NCBI GenBank assembly: GCA_040222015.1
Contig: JAVJWO010000071.1
Span: 1-64,000, forward strand
Direction: 5' to 3'
Length of the DNA stretch: 64,000 nt
Source: Coleofasciculus chthonoplastes F2-STO-03
GTDB lineage: Bacteria > Cyanobacteriota > Cyanobacteriia > Cyanobacteriales > Coleofasciculaceae
Below are positions 51,603 through 63,482 of the stretch, one piece after another. The notes below the pieces were generated by a model. The model was given only the letters and a program-made list of their open reading frames with translations, made no database searches and was not told the origin of the DNA. Position numbers and translations under genes: made by a program. Within the stretch, counting starts at the first letter, position 1. The number at the start of each line of letters is the position of its first letter.

Positions 51603-52679
51603 ATGAACAGAGGATATCTCTCGGTGAAGGTGATTCGTCGCACAGCGATGGCTCTGATTTCTGGGGCGGTACTGCTGGCGAGTAACCCGGCTCAAAGTCA
51701 AACCGTCTCCAATGACACGGGTTTTGACTTACAAGATCAATTAACAATTCCCTTAGATAGCACGATTCAACGGGAAGCACGAAATGAGGCAGATGTACTG
51801 TTGCGGTTAGGAGGAGAGGCAAAACGCCAAGCAAATTTACAAAAAGCGATCGCCTATTGGCAACAGGCGTTGGATCTTTATCAAAAAATTGGCGATTTTG
51901 AAGGACAGGGCTTAGCTTACAATTATATCGGTCTCGCTTACGCTGATTTGGGACGCTTTTCCCAAGCCGAAGAGTCTCTGCGCCGTCGGTTAGGGGTTGC
52001 TCGTTTCCTCCAAGATTTTCAGGGACAAATTTATGCCTTGAATAACGTGGGTACTGTACTGGTACAATCAAATGATCTGAACGCTGCTCAAGAAAGCTTT
52101 GCTGAAGCTCTAACCATTGCTCGCACAGTAGGCGATCGCGAAGGGGAAGGACTTAGTTTGAGCAACCTGGGTTTAGTCGCGGCTCGTGCGGGTGATTATT
52201 TAGAGGCGATTAAGCAGTATAAAGCGGCGATAACCTTGCGGCGGCGATTAGGCGATCCCTTGGGAGAGGCAAATACTCGTAATAATTTAGGGGATGCCTA
52301 TTTCGCGATCGCCTCCTACAAAGATGCAATTGGCTCCTATCGCTATACTTTACAACTGGCACAAGATAGCCAGGATATTTCCAATCAGTTTCGCGCCTTG
52401 CGGGGATTAGCGAAATCCTACAGCATCATTGGTCCAGATTTGCTGGCGATTCGATACCTGAATCAGCATCTCGCCTTAGCCCAAGAACAGGAAAGCTTAA
52501 GCCGAGAGCTAGTTACACTGAGATTATTTGCCGAATTTTACCTAGCTAGAGGAAATGTACTGAAAGCGAAGCAATTTTACGAACAAGCGATCGCTCTCGC
52601 TAATGCGATCGGTGAGACTCAGCAAGAAGCCTTATTACGAAATCAGTTAGCCCAACTCCTTTATGATCGAGGAGAGTGA
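51603..52679 (+). CDS. Exported TPR repeat protein
   Basis: Signal peptide; GEG.SL.NLG-type TPR repeats. Confidence 0.88.
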   Translation: MNRGYLSVKVIRRTAMALISGAVLLASNPAQSQTVSNDTGFDLQDQLTIPLDSTIQREARNEADVLLRLGGEAKRQANLQKAIAYWQQALDLYQKIGDFEGQGLAYNYIGLAYADLGRFSQAEESLRRRLGVARFLQDFQGQIYALNNVGTVLVQSNDLNAAQESFAEALTIARTVGDREGEGLSLSNLGLVAARAGDYLEAIKQYKAAITLRRRLGDPLGEANTRNNLGDAYFAIASYKDAIGSYRYTLQLAQDSQDISNQFRALRGLAKSYSIIGPDLLAIRYLNQHLALAQEQESLSRELVTLRLFAEFYLARGNVLKAKQFYEQAIALANAIGETQQEALLRNQLAQLLYDRGE

Positions 52680-52755
52680 ACTTCTATTTTTCCCAACGTT
52701 CCCAACGCCGAGCAACAACTTTGGTGTTGGGCATCTACAATAAGTTATTGATTAA

Positions 52756-52827
<72 letters not shown>

Positions 52828-53309
52828 TCATGACTTCAATGCTCGCCACGATTACTAATCTTACCCAGTAAAGGGATGATTTGGCAAGTCCTCTGGCAAA
52901 ATTTTTTTTAGAGCATCCGCTGTTACGCCTTCGGTTTTCCAGTCATACCTGTAATTTCTCGCCATAAAAAATGCTGTAACCCCTTTGGTTAAAGGATTTC
53001 AGCTAATATTGTTTCTTCACTTCATTGCCGATGTGTCAAGCAGCGCGATCGCGGATCTATACTCAATCGAGATCAACTCCCCCTGTTTTGATCGGGGACA
53101 AGGCAGAAGAAAAAGGCTCCAAGACACGAGGAAACAGTAGTGCGAGCGTCTCGCTCGCTAAGTGACAGCGTTAACCCGCCAGGAATTCATACCAAGTTGT
53201 GTTCAAAGGTAGCAGATAGAGTAGATGGGGAGATGGGGTGAGAGAGAGATGGACAGACGCATCTCTCTCCTGCTATTGCCTATTGCCTATTGCCTTTTTC
53301 CATATAAAC

Positions 53310-53948
53310 TTAATCCAATTGTGCGATAATGTTCAATACGTCACGAGGATGGTCAACTAAAAAATCAGGATTGTATTGGTTTAATACACTGAACGAATTA
53401 AATCCCCAAGTTACGGCTATTACCTTTATGTTAATCTTCTTTGCTGCGGAGATATCTCGCGTTTCATCTCCTATATACATAAGAGAGTTAGATTGAAAGT
53501 AGTGATATTCGATCAATTTTATTAAAGCGCGTGATTTACCGAAAATTGAAGGCTCTGAACAAATAAAACTAAAAAAACAGTCTAAACTATGTATCTTTAG
53601 GAATTCCTTAACATTGTCTTCGCTGTTTGAGGTTAAGATGCCGATAATTTTTCCTTGATTTTTCAACTCCTTTAACAACTCAGGGATGCCAGCAACAGGC
53701 TTGAACGATTCAATATCCTGATGTAATTCTGATTGAATCCGCTTCAGCAAAAAAGGAATCTTGAATAATGGAACTCCTGATTCTTTAATAATCTGGCGAG
53801 CGCTTAAATTTCTAACTCTCTCAATATCTGATGGCATCAACGGTTTATATCCAAAGTCGTCCGCTAAACGGTTCGCGATCTGGACGATCGCGTTGAAAGT
53901 ATCCGCTAAAGTGCCATCAAAATCAAAAACAATGACTTTTATACTCAT
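53310..53948 (-). CDS. HAD-IA family hydrolase
   Basis: FDFDGTLADT, LTSN, YIGDETRD, VTWGFN. Confidence 0.9.
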   Translation of the reverse strand: MSIKVIVFDFDGTLADTFNAIVQIANRLADDFGYKPLMPSDIERVRNLSARQIIKESGVPLFKIPFLLKRIQSELHQDIESFKPVAGIPELLKELKNQGKIIGILTSNSEDNVKEFLKIHSLDCFFSFICSEPSIFGKSRALIKLIEYHYFQSNSLMYIGDETRDISAAKKINIKVIAVTWGFNSFSVLNQYNPDFLVDHPRDVLNIIAQLD

Positions 53949-54246
53949 GAGTTGGTTCCGACAATTGACAATAACCGAAATGTCAACAGATGCCTCAAAA
54001 TCTATCTAGACATCCCGCTGAAACACCAACGTCGGAACATCTCAGTTTCTTGTCCAAGATTTTTTCCGAATTCCGTAAGCGTAGGATCTATAGTGCAGGG
54101 AAAGATAAAAAACTTGACATGACAGCATGAAAACCAAGTAAAATCCGGGTTGTAGGGATAAACACTGGGGCAGATAGCCTGATCACTACAGCCACTGGCA
54201 CGGGCAGAATGACTGTATGATAAACGTTAATGACTGAAAAACTCAA

Positions 54247-54891
54247 ATGTTTCAGAAATTTACTGAAGTCCTAAATTATATTGCTAGTCATCCAGACAAC
54301 TTTAGGGAAGCCCTAGGGCAACATCTACTATTGGTACTCGTGCCACTGACAATCAGCTTAGTGCTAGGTTTACCGTTAGGGTTGCTGAGTGCGCGATCGC
54401 GAACTGCCTCAACTGTCTTGATTAATACCGTCAATGGCTTACGAGTCATTCCCAGCTTAGCGATTTTATTCGTTGCCATTCCCTATTTGGGGCTAAGTTT
54501 CAAATCGGCGGCGGTAGCGTTGACACTTTTAGCACTACCACCGATTTTGATCAGCACAGATGTTGCCTTTCGCACTATTGAACCCACTATCATCGAAGCC
54601 GCCAAAGGGATGGGGATGTCTCCCCGGCAAATTCTGCAACAAATTGAAATCCCGTTAGTCTTACCCGTAATTATTGCTGGGATTAAAACCGCAACAGTCG
54701 AGGTGATTGCTAGTGCGACTCTAGCTGCTTTTATTGGTGCAGGGGGATTGGGAAGTTTTATTGTGTTGGGGTTTGCGCTTTATGATCAAAGCATTCTATT
54801 AGTTGGTGCCATTCCAGTGGCAATATTGGCATTAGTGGCGGAGGTGAGTTTGACTGCTTTACAACGATTGACATCCTCACACAGCGTTTGA
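54247..54891 (+). CDS. Osmoprotectant-type (OpuBB/ProW-like) ABC permease
   Basis: IPSLA, EAAKGMGMS, IE.PL.LPVIIAG, IGAGGLG. Confidence 0.9.
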   Translation: MFQKFTEVLNYIASHPDNFREALGQHLLLVLVPLTISLVLGLPLGLLSARSRTASTVLINTVNGLRVIPSLAILFVAIPYLGLSFKSAAVALTLLALPPILISTDVAFRTIEPTIIEAAKGMGMSPRQILQQIEIPLVLPVIIAGIKTATVEVIASATLAAFIGAGGLGSFIVLGFALYDQSILLVGAIPVAILALVAEVSLTALQRLTSSHSV

Positions 54892-55177
54892 AACTCTCCG
54901 ACTCTAAAGAGACGATATAATAATTAAAAAAGCACCAAGCAGGTATAGTTATAATGCAGGCTATTTTTCATTTAGCAACAATTATTTGGGACAATCTAGA
55001 AAAAGTAGTCCCAATTTTAGCATCTGGTTATAAACCTTTACTGGGAACGGCTTTGATGGAAGGATATCATTTGGAAATTGATTTTGAAGAAAATGGTTTA
55101 GTTTCGTTAGAACGAATTCCACCCTCAATTTCATAGATTCTGAACAACAAACGCCAGTCACCAATCCCTACTCCCAA

Positions 55178-55822
55178 TCAAGCATCACTCATCAGCTTGA
55201 TTTTTCGTTGCGGATTCGATAGCCATTGTAATCCTAACAAGATACCATTTAAAGCAAATGCCAGAATCGCCACGGTAATTGCCCCCGCCCAAATCTTATC
55301 GTAGCGACTCTGAGAAACCCCATCAAAGAGGAGTACTCCCAATCCTCCCGCCCCAAATTTAGCACCAATTGTGGAGATCGCGATCGCGACAATTGTTGCC
55401 AGACGGATTCCGGCAATGCCAATGGGTAAAATTAGGGGAACTTGTACCCACCACCAGCGTTGCCAAGAATTCATCCCCATCCCGCGTGCGGCTTCTAAAA
55501 TTTCCGGATCAATCGATTGTAAGGCGACCAAAAAATTTCGTACCAGAATCACTTGGGTATAGAGAATCATCGCCACCACGACGGATTGGCGATTTAACCC
55601 CAAAAGTGGCACAAGCAGAATAATTAGCGCCAGACTGGGTATGGTGTAGAGGATGCCCAGAATACCCACAACTGGGATATTCAGCCAACGGTAGCGAGTG
55701 ATCAGCGCCGATAAAGGCAGTGCGATCGCGATAGCAATCAGTACGGCTAAACCCGTCATCTGGAGATGTTCGAGCAGCAATTGAATAATATCTTCAGGAT
55801 TTTTAATAATATAGTTCATCAC
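55178..55822 (-). CDS. Osmoprotectant-type ABC permease (second)
   Basis: YTIPSLAL, EAARGMGM, GAGGLG. Confidence 0.9.
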   Translation of the reverse strand: MMNYIIKNPEDIIQLLLEHLQMTGLAVLIAIAIALPLSALITRYRWLNIPVVGILGILYTIPSLALIILLVPLLGLNRQSVVVAMILYTQVILVRNFLVALQSIDPEILEAARGMGMNSWQRWWWVQVPLILPIGIAGIRLATIVAIAISTIGAKFGAGGLGVLLFDGVSQSRYDKIWAGAITVAILAFALNGILLGLQWLSNPQRKIKLMSDA

Positions 55823-55824
55823 TG

Positions 55825-56304
55825 GACTATCGCACCTTATTCATTCACAATGGTTTTATCGAAGGGTTCCGCCAAAAGCTCTATCGACCCATTCGCGATC
55901 GCCTGAGTGATGAAATTTACCAGTCAATCCACGGTACAACCGATTCTGAGCATATTTTTGCCCTCCTTGTCAATGAACTCCAAACGGTTCCCGATGCTTC
56001 CTTAGAGAAGGCATTGTCGCAAACCTTGATCCAGTTGACCCAATTAGCCGAATCCGATCAAGTCAACTTTTCTGCCAATGTGATTATCAGTGATGGGCAT
56101 AGCCTCGTTGCTAGTCGCTACGCATCGGGTAGCAGTGCGCCCACACTATACTGGTTACGGGATGATCCTAATTACCCTAACGCTGTCCTCATTGCCTCTG
56201 AACCCTTATTTGCGGGGAATTGGCACAGTTGCCCAACCAATAGCCTGCTGGTGGTTAAAGAGGATTTGGAAGGGGAGCATCAATCAATTCTAAAGAACGG
56301 ATAA
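55825..56304 (+). pseudogene. egtC: 5'-truncated EgtC-like class II glutamine amidotransferase
   Basis: LFIHNGFI..FR..LYRPIR, I.GTTDSEHIFAL, ASRYA, IASEPL; the N-terminal MCR catalytic Cys region is absent. Confidence 0.75.
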
Positions 56305-56661
56305 TGTCATGGAACTTGACCTATTCCAGAGGCTGCTGATGCACCGCCGTCTCAATGCCGTTGCAGTTTGTGTTATTCTAATAAATACCTACCATCTCAT
56401 TTTTCTCAACCCAGCGCTCTCTCACGCTCGGGTTTTCTTAGATGTCTAACTAAGTCGAATAGGCATAGGTTGAGTTCTATAGCTTAGCTCTTAAGATTAG
56501 TTTGAGATAAGTCCAGGGTATTTTTTTCAGGCTTCACTATCTTTTAACAGTATTGCGGAATCCCGTTATCTGGTGGGATTCCTGCATTCTAGATGCCTGC
56601 ACTTATCGCCTCATACCCTAGGTTTATTCATTACTCTCACCGTGCCGAAGACAACTCCTGA

Positions 56662-56850
56662 TTAGCTACGCCAATCGGGAAATTGACCCTGAAGACAGGC
56701 AGCGATTTCATCGTTCCAGTCGTCTTCTATTTGGGTAATCCACGCCTCAAACTTATCCTCAGTTTTTGAGTTGAACATTTTGTACCGTAGTTTTAACGAC
56801 AATTTATCTCCGTTCCGAGATTGGTTATGAGAGAGTTGGTAATAAGTCAT
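56662..56850 (-). CDS. Small hypothetical protein
   Basis: 62-aa ATG-started ORF; no family recognised. Confidence 0.35.
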   Translation of the reverse strand: MTYYQLSHNQSRNGDKLSLKLRYKMFNSKTEDKFEAWITQIEDDWNDEIAACLQGQFPDWRS

Positions 56851-57160
56851 TATTAATCTTCCGATAATTATTAATTAACTACAAGTCACGGATTTTCTAA
56901 ACTTCTTTTAACAAATATATTGAATTGTAAAGAAAAGATCTAGGCATTGAATAACACAACCCAGGTGATGATTGGCGAGAAGATAGGTGATACTGTATGG
57001 TCTGGATAAGTAATTTCAATGAAGCGTAAGCGTGACTAGACAGAATCCCTTTGGTGAGCGAGGTCACAAATTTTACCTCTGCCTCTCTACCCAATCCATC
57101 GGAAACTTTTTTGATCAACTGGATCTCCTCAACTGTAAAATCGGTAGATCAGTGGGATGA

Positions 57161-58171
<1,011 letters not shown>

Positions 58172-59020
58172 TGGGAGATTAAGCTGTCACCCATTTAAAT
58201 TGGGAATGGGTTGCGAGCAAGATGCTCACCCTAGAAGGATTTCACCATTATTGAGATTAAGGTTGAAATCCCAAACAGCTTAGGTGTCAACGTTCGTCCC
58301 AATTACTCCATATCATGAGTCGGGGTGATTCATAAATTGCCCCGACTATAATTCGGGGTTACTGAATAAGTCTTGTGGTGGGGATCGGGAATAGGGAACA
58401 CCTCGACTTCGCTCGGTGTGTCATGGGCAATGGGCAATGGTTTCAACGGGCATAAAATATTAAGAAATATTAACAAGTGTCAACTCCTGACTGTTCTCTA
58501 TTCCCGGTTTTCTGTTCCCTTGTCCATGTCTTGACGATTTAATCGAAGAAATAATACAGTGTATTACGAAAGCGTTGACAATTCTTGTATCCTTTTCTAC
58601 CATAGTCAATATTCCTTCTAAAGAAGGTTGCTTAGATGTATTACAGTAAAGGAATTTACTCTCACAGCTAGAAGAAAATTCCATTGCTGTGAACGATTGA
58701 TGTTGACGGTATTTAGATAGGGCGCATTTATCCAACCAGCCGTTAGGTTGTTCAAGCTTTGTGTTTTTAATCTAGACAAAGTTTTGTAGAACGGCAAAAC
58801 CTGTTTGAGTGGAGCAATTCGTTGAAAAGAGATGGCTCTACGCGAACAGTTACTGGTAAGTGAAACTTTAGTGATAGCAGATGGATGTTAGGGTGCATTT
58901 TCAGATTCAAGTGACGTGTTTGATAAGGGTCTTTATTTAATCAACGCCACTGATAGATAAGAATACGCGATCGCTGTTTATTCTCTTGCACCAAGAGAGG
59001 GCGATCGCCTTTTTTTTGGG

Positions 59021-59629
59021 TTAAACCTCCAGGATGGGAGGTTGAGTTGGACTCACTTGTCGAATAACCCGACAGGGGTTTCCCGCTGCGATAACATTGG
59101 CGGGAATACTTTTGGTCACAACGCTACCCGCACCAATGGTTGTGTGATTACCAATAGTGACACCTGGACCAATAATTGCACCGCCACCAATCCAGACATT
59201 ATCGCCAATTTTAATCGGTGCAGCCAGTTCGCGTCCAGTTAATCTTTGGGCGGGATCGGTGGGATGATAGGCGGTATAGATCTGCACATAGGGACCACAT
59301 AACAGGTTATCGCCTAGGTGAACTGTATTACAGTCGAGAATCACACAGCCATAATTCATATAGAGATTATCGCCAACATAGATATTACTGCCATAATCAC
59401 AGTAAAAGGGAGGACTAATTTGAGGATTAGATCCCAGCTTGCCAAATAAGTTTTGTAAAAGGTGCGATCGCGTTTCTATTTCGTCTTCGGTTGTCGCGTT
59501 GTACAAGCGCGTGAGATGACAGGCTTGATTGTGTAATGCTTTTAATTCAGGGTCAGATGCTAGATATAGCTCTCCCGCTAACATTTTTTGTTTTTCGCTC
59601 ATCAGAAACCTGTCTTTCCGTGTCTCCAT
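59021..59629 (-). CDS. maa: Maltose/sugar O-acetyltransferase
   Basis: EKQKMLAGELY, PPFYCDYG.NI, hexapeptide repeats, GNPCRVIR. Confidence 0.9.
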   Translation of the reverse strand: METRKDRFLMSEKQKMLAGELYLASDPELKALHNQACHLTRLYNATTEDEIETRSHLLQNLFGKLGSNPQISPPFYCDYGSNIYVGDNLYMNYGCVILDCNTVHLGDNLLCGPYVQIYTAYHPTDPAQRLTGRELAAPIKIGDNVWIGGGAIIGPGVTIGNHTTIGAGSVVTKSIPANVIAAGNPCRVIRQVSPTQPPILEV

Positions 59630-59714
59630 AACACCATTTATTGTAAGCTACCTGTAGGGGCACGGCAATGCCGTGCCCCTACCATAAATGGCGTTTGTGC
59701 TTAACAGTTTTCTT

Positions 59715-60338
59715 CTACTCTATGAGTCGTTTTAAAATTTGAATCACCCGATGCAGTTGGTTATCACGGCGAGTTGAAAGGGTAAATTTATCAGATAAAT
59801 CATATTCTTTTTGCTGAGGGTCTAGTTTGACAAAAAGGTAATCTTCTCCGGTGGTAATTAAACCATAAGCGGGATTCTCGGTTGTCGGGTTAGACATCAT
59901 GTAGGCGAGGGTTTGGGGTAAAGCCTGCATCACACTAAAACCATAGCGTTTGGTTTCTAAAAGGATGAGCCACAATCGCTCCTGCATGACTAAAATATCA
60001 ATGAGTCCCTCTAGGATTTGGTCTTTGTCTTCGATTTCAATTTTGATGTATTTTTCCCCTTTGATGAGATAGGGGGGATCGTACAAGCCTAATAGTTCTA
60101 GAATTGGAGCAATTATAATCAGGTTTACGGTACTTTCGGTAATCGCACCTTCGGCTTGGTAATAACGATAGCGGGTTCGTAGGCGATCGCACTTTTCAAT
60201 TTCCCCCAGGCTGAGTTCGGGTAAGGGTTCTAGCCATTCTGGGAAGAAGGTGGGGTTGGTTGTCGGCTGCAATTGAAAGGTATGATGCGCCTGGTTTAAG
60301 TTTGTAATCGCTTTGGTAACACCAATAACCTGGGGCAT
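59715..60338 (-). CDS. Stand-alone type I restriction R N-terminal-like (PD-(D/E)xK) protein
   Basis: ESTV....IAPIL, G.IDILV, LETK, LPQTLAYM, YGLITTG. Confidence 0.75.
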   Translation of the reverse strand: MPQVIGVTKAITNLNQAHHTFQLQPTTNPTFFPEWLEPLPELSLGEIEKCDRLRTRYRYYQAEGAITESTVNLIIIAPILELLGLYDPPYLIKGEKYIKIEIEDKDQILEGLIDILVMQERLWLILLETKRYGFSVMQALPQTLAYMMSNPTTENPAYGLITTGEDYLFVKLDPQQKEYDLSDKFTLSTRRDNQLHRVIQILKRLIE

Positions 60339-60959
60339 GGCATAGATTTCAGATAAAGAGGTGATTTCTCTGGGAGTTGGCGACGCCTGCGCGTTCTTTT
60401 ATTGTAGGGGGTGATTGTCAACCTGTAAGCCGAATCCGTCTTTGAAACCCCCTTTTTGCCATGGCGACTGGAAGTCGCAGCTACACAAACAAAGTCCGCC
60501 TGCGCGGACTAGATTATATAGCATTACACTCTAAGGTTAGGACAAAAAAAGAAAAATTTAAATCGCTCAATCCCTTGATGAGTCAGTGTTTTTCTTCAAA
60601 GAAAGCCTATGACACACCGAGCGAAGTCGAGGTGTTGCCTATTGCCTATTGCCTAGCGCGTAGCGCTATAAAGGGGATAGCTAACCCGGATTTGGTATAA
60701 GCCGAATCGGGGCGATGAATTCGGATTTTCTGGGATAGGGCTTGGTTACCAAGCCCCTACGACGGTTGGTGCTAACTGAAAACTCGGATTCTGAACCCTA
60801 CATCCTCTACAGGATAAGGCTTGCAGCGGAATGACTCAACGGGTGCGATCGCTTTGATGGGCAAGGGGTTAGGGTGAAACGTTTAAGATTTGATACAAGC
60901 CTCTTGTCAAATTCCGCTAGGCATTTGCTAGATTAAAATATCTTTTTCCGGTTTTCCAG

Positions 60960-61172
60960 ATGAACTCAGTGCAACTCGGTATACGCATTCCTACCCATCT
61001 CAACCAACGTCTGACTGACTACATTGAACGCACGGGGTTGTCAAAGACGGAGGTGGTGATTAATGCCTTGGCGTCTTATATGGGGTGTAGTGAGGAGATT
61101 CCCCTGAATGAACGGGTGGCGTCTCTGGAGGCGAAGGTGATGGTGTTGGAGGGATTGGTTAAAGGAGGCTAA
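60960..61172 (+). CDS. Small ribbon-helix-helix (CopG-like) DNA-binding protein
   Basis: QLGIRIP..L...L..Y...TG.SKTEVVI.AL..Y plus short coiled coil. Confidence 0.75.
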   Translation: MNSVQLGIRIPTHLNQRLTDYIERTGLSKTEVVINALASYMGCSEEIPLNERVASLEAKVMVLEGLVKGG

Positions 61173-61256
61173 TGTTTAGCAAAGTTTTGGAAAAAAAGGA
61201 TTAACAGTTAACCCTAGACAATATTCTTAGTCATACTGACACCGAAAGCGAATGGC

Positions 61257-63470
61257 ATGGAAGCTGAAGAGGTTCTGAAACGATATGTAGCAGGAGAACG
61301 GGATTTTCGCGGTGAAAGTCTTTGCGGTCAATCGTTTAAGGGAAAAAACCTTTCGGGGGCAGATTTTAGTGAGGCGGATATTCGAGGGGCAAACTTTACT
61401 AATGCTTACCTAAGAGGTGCAAAGTTCTGTAGTGCGAAAGCCGGATTGCCACGTCATCAAGGAATTATTTTAGTATGTGTAGCATTTCTGCTAGCAACAG
61501 GACTTGGACTGGTTGCTGGATTAGTAAGTTTTTTTGCACTGGATCTACTCGGTTCATTTAATATTAAAAATATTATTTTACCTATGGATATTGCTGCAAT
61601 AGTAATGTCTGTATTTTTCTTTTTCTTAGTTTATTCTGGTTATAATAAAGCCAAAGAAGCTACTCGCAACAATATGGAACAGCACGTAGAAGTGACTGTA
61701 CATAGCTCTTTAGCCCTAACCTTCTGGGGAATTGTAGTTTTAACCATTTCAGTAGTTCTAATTTATTCTGGCAACTTTGCTACAGTTGTAGCCCTAACTC
61801 TATTGGGCGGTGTAGTTTTAATGACAGCTCTTCTCTTAGCTCTTACTATGGCTGGAGTTGGTGTTCTCACTGGCTCATTAGCTGTAGCTGTAATTTTGGC
61901 AGGATTCGTGGCTATAGCTGGTGCTGTAGCCAGAGTTTTTGTAGAAGGTGGTCAGTTGAGTGTGACTTGGGCAATCAGCTTTGTTGTAGCTAGCGCTGCT
62001 GTTGTCGGATTACTAGCTAGTTACATTGGTTTTGAAGCCTCAACGAGAAAAAGATTCGCTTGGATTCAGATGATTGCCATTAACTTTGCGGCTTTAGGTG
62101 GTACTAGCTTTCGCCGAGCCGATTTAACTGAGACGGACTTTAGCAGAGCTATTCTCAAAAGTACAGATTTTCGAGAATCCATTTTATATCAGACTTGTTT
62201 TATTGATGCGCGTAAATTAGAGCAATCAAGATATGACAATCCTAATTCTTCAATAATTGCAAATCCATCTGTCCGATATTTGCTTATCCATGGTGATGTT
62301 CAGAATAATCCATACACTCAAAACAAATCCTACGATAGAGAAAATCTCAGAGGTGCATTTCTAAAAGGAGCCAACTTACAGGATGCTAGTTTTATCGGCG
62401 CTGATTTGAGTGAAGCCAACCTGCAAGATGCAGACTTATCCAGAGCCAAATTAGTACAAACCCAATTAGATGAAGCCGATTTAACAGGTGCAACCCTCAC
62501 AGGAGCTTTTATCGAGGATTGGAACATCACCAGTCATACCAAATTACAGGGGATTAGATGTCGGTATGTCTTCATGCGTTTACCGACTAAAGATGACCCT
62601 GAACCTCGCCGCAAACCCGATAACCGGGAAGAAGAGTTTGAAGATGGGGATTTTGCCGACTTTATCAAGCCAATCGTTGATACTCTCGACCTCTACCATA
62701 ATCAGGGGGTTGACCCTCGTACTATTGCAATTTCCTTTAAGCAGTTAGCTGAAAATAACCCAGAGGCTGAGTTAGAGATTGTCGCGATGGAGAAACGGGG
62801 TAAAGATAAATTCTTACTCCGTGCAGCAACGGCTCCTGACGCTGATCATTCTAAACTGAATGCTGAGTATTTCAAGACTTATAATCAGATTAAAGCCTTA
62901 GCTGAAGCAGAAGTACAGGCATTACTCGCTGAGAAAGATAGCCGAATTTCCAGTTTAGAGACTATGGTAAATACGGCGCTACAGCGTCCAAGTCCAAGTT
63001 TTTATACAAACACGCAAGTTGAACAGGTAGGTATTATGACTAACAATCCTGGTGGTATTTCTCAATCCAATACAGGTTCAATGGGAGGTGGACAGCAAGG
63101 CGCTATCGGTGACCAAAACAAGCAAACGATGTCCACTCAAACGGCTGCATCCGCAGGGGAACAGCTAACCCAACAAGACGTTCTGCAAATGCTGGAGCAG
63201 ATTGAGCAAATGATTGATTCGGCTGAAATCCCAGAAGACATTAAAGAAGAAGCAAACACTTACTTGGGGGCGGCGAAAAAAGCTGTTGAGAAAGAAGAAC
63301 CAAACAAAGAACGGGTAAACATTAACCTAGAAGGAGTAGCAGAAGAACTAGAGAAAGCCAGTAAGGTAGCAGAAGCTGGCACTACTTTATTTACAAAAGT
63401 TAAGCCAATTCTCGTTAAAGTTGCAGGTTGGTTAGGTGCAGCCGCAGGTTCTTTCTTCGGTACTCTCTAA
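61257..63470 (+). CDS. Membrane pentapeptide-repeat protein with a G/Q/N-rich motif and C-terminal helical domain
   Basis: RY.AGERDF start, two pentapeptide blocks flanking several TM helices, coiled coil, NTGSMGGGQQGAIGDQN, helical tail. Confidence 0.88.
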   Translation: MEAEEVLKRYVAGERDFRGESLCGQSFKGKNLSGADFSEADIRGANFTNAYLRGAKFCSAKAGLPRHQGIILVCVAFLLATGLGLVAGLVSFFALDLLGSFNIKNIILPMDIAAIVMSVFFFFLVYSGYNKAKEATRNNMEQHVEVTVHSSLALTFWGIVVLTISVVLIYSGNFATVVALTLLGGVVLMTALLLALTMAGVGVLTGSLAVAVILAGFVAIAGAVARVFVEGGQLSVTWAISFVVASAAVVGLLASYIGFEASTRKRFAWIQMIAINFAALGGTSFRRADLTETDFSRAILKSTDFRESILYQTCFIDARKLEQSRYDNPNSSIIANPSVRYLLIHGDVQNNPYTQNKSYDRENLRGAFLKGANLQDASFIGADLSEANLQDADLSRAKLVQTQLDEADLTGATLTGAFIEDWNITSHTKLQGIRCRYVFMRLPTKDDPEPRRKPDNREEEFEDGDFADFIKPIVDTLDLYHNQGVDPRTIAISFKQLAENNPEAELEIVAMEKRGKDKFLLRAATAPDADHSKLNAEYFKTYNQIKALAEAEVQALLAEKDSRISSLETMVNTALQRPSPSFYTNTQVEQVGIMTNNPGGISQSNTGSMGGGQQGAIGDQNKQTMSTQTAASAGEQLTQQDVLQMLEQIEQMIDSAEIPEDIKEEANTYLGAAKKAVEKEEPNKERVNINLEGVAEELEKASKVAEAGTTLFTKVKPILVKVAGWLGAAAGSFFGTL

Positions 63471-63482
63471 TCGTTATAACAA

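Noticed and set aside
58300..58960. Long intergenic region and 91-aa ORF as a gene or ncRNA
   Set aside because: It is partly built from repeats, and I recognised no motif or structure.
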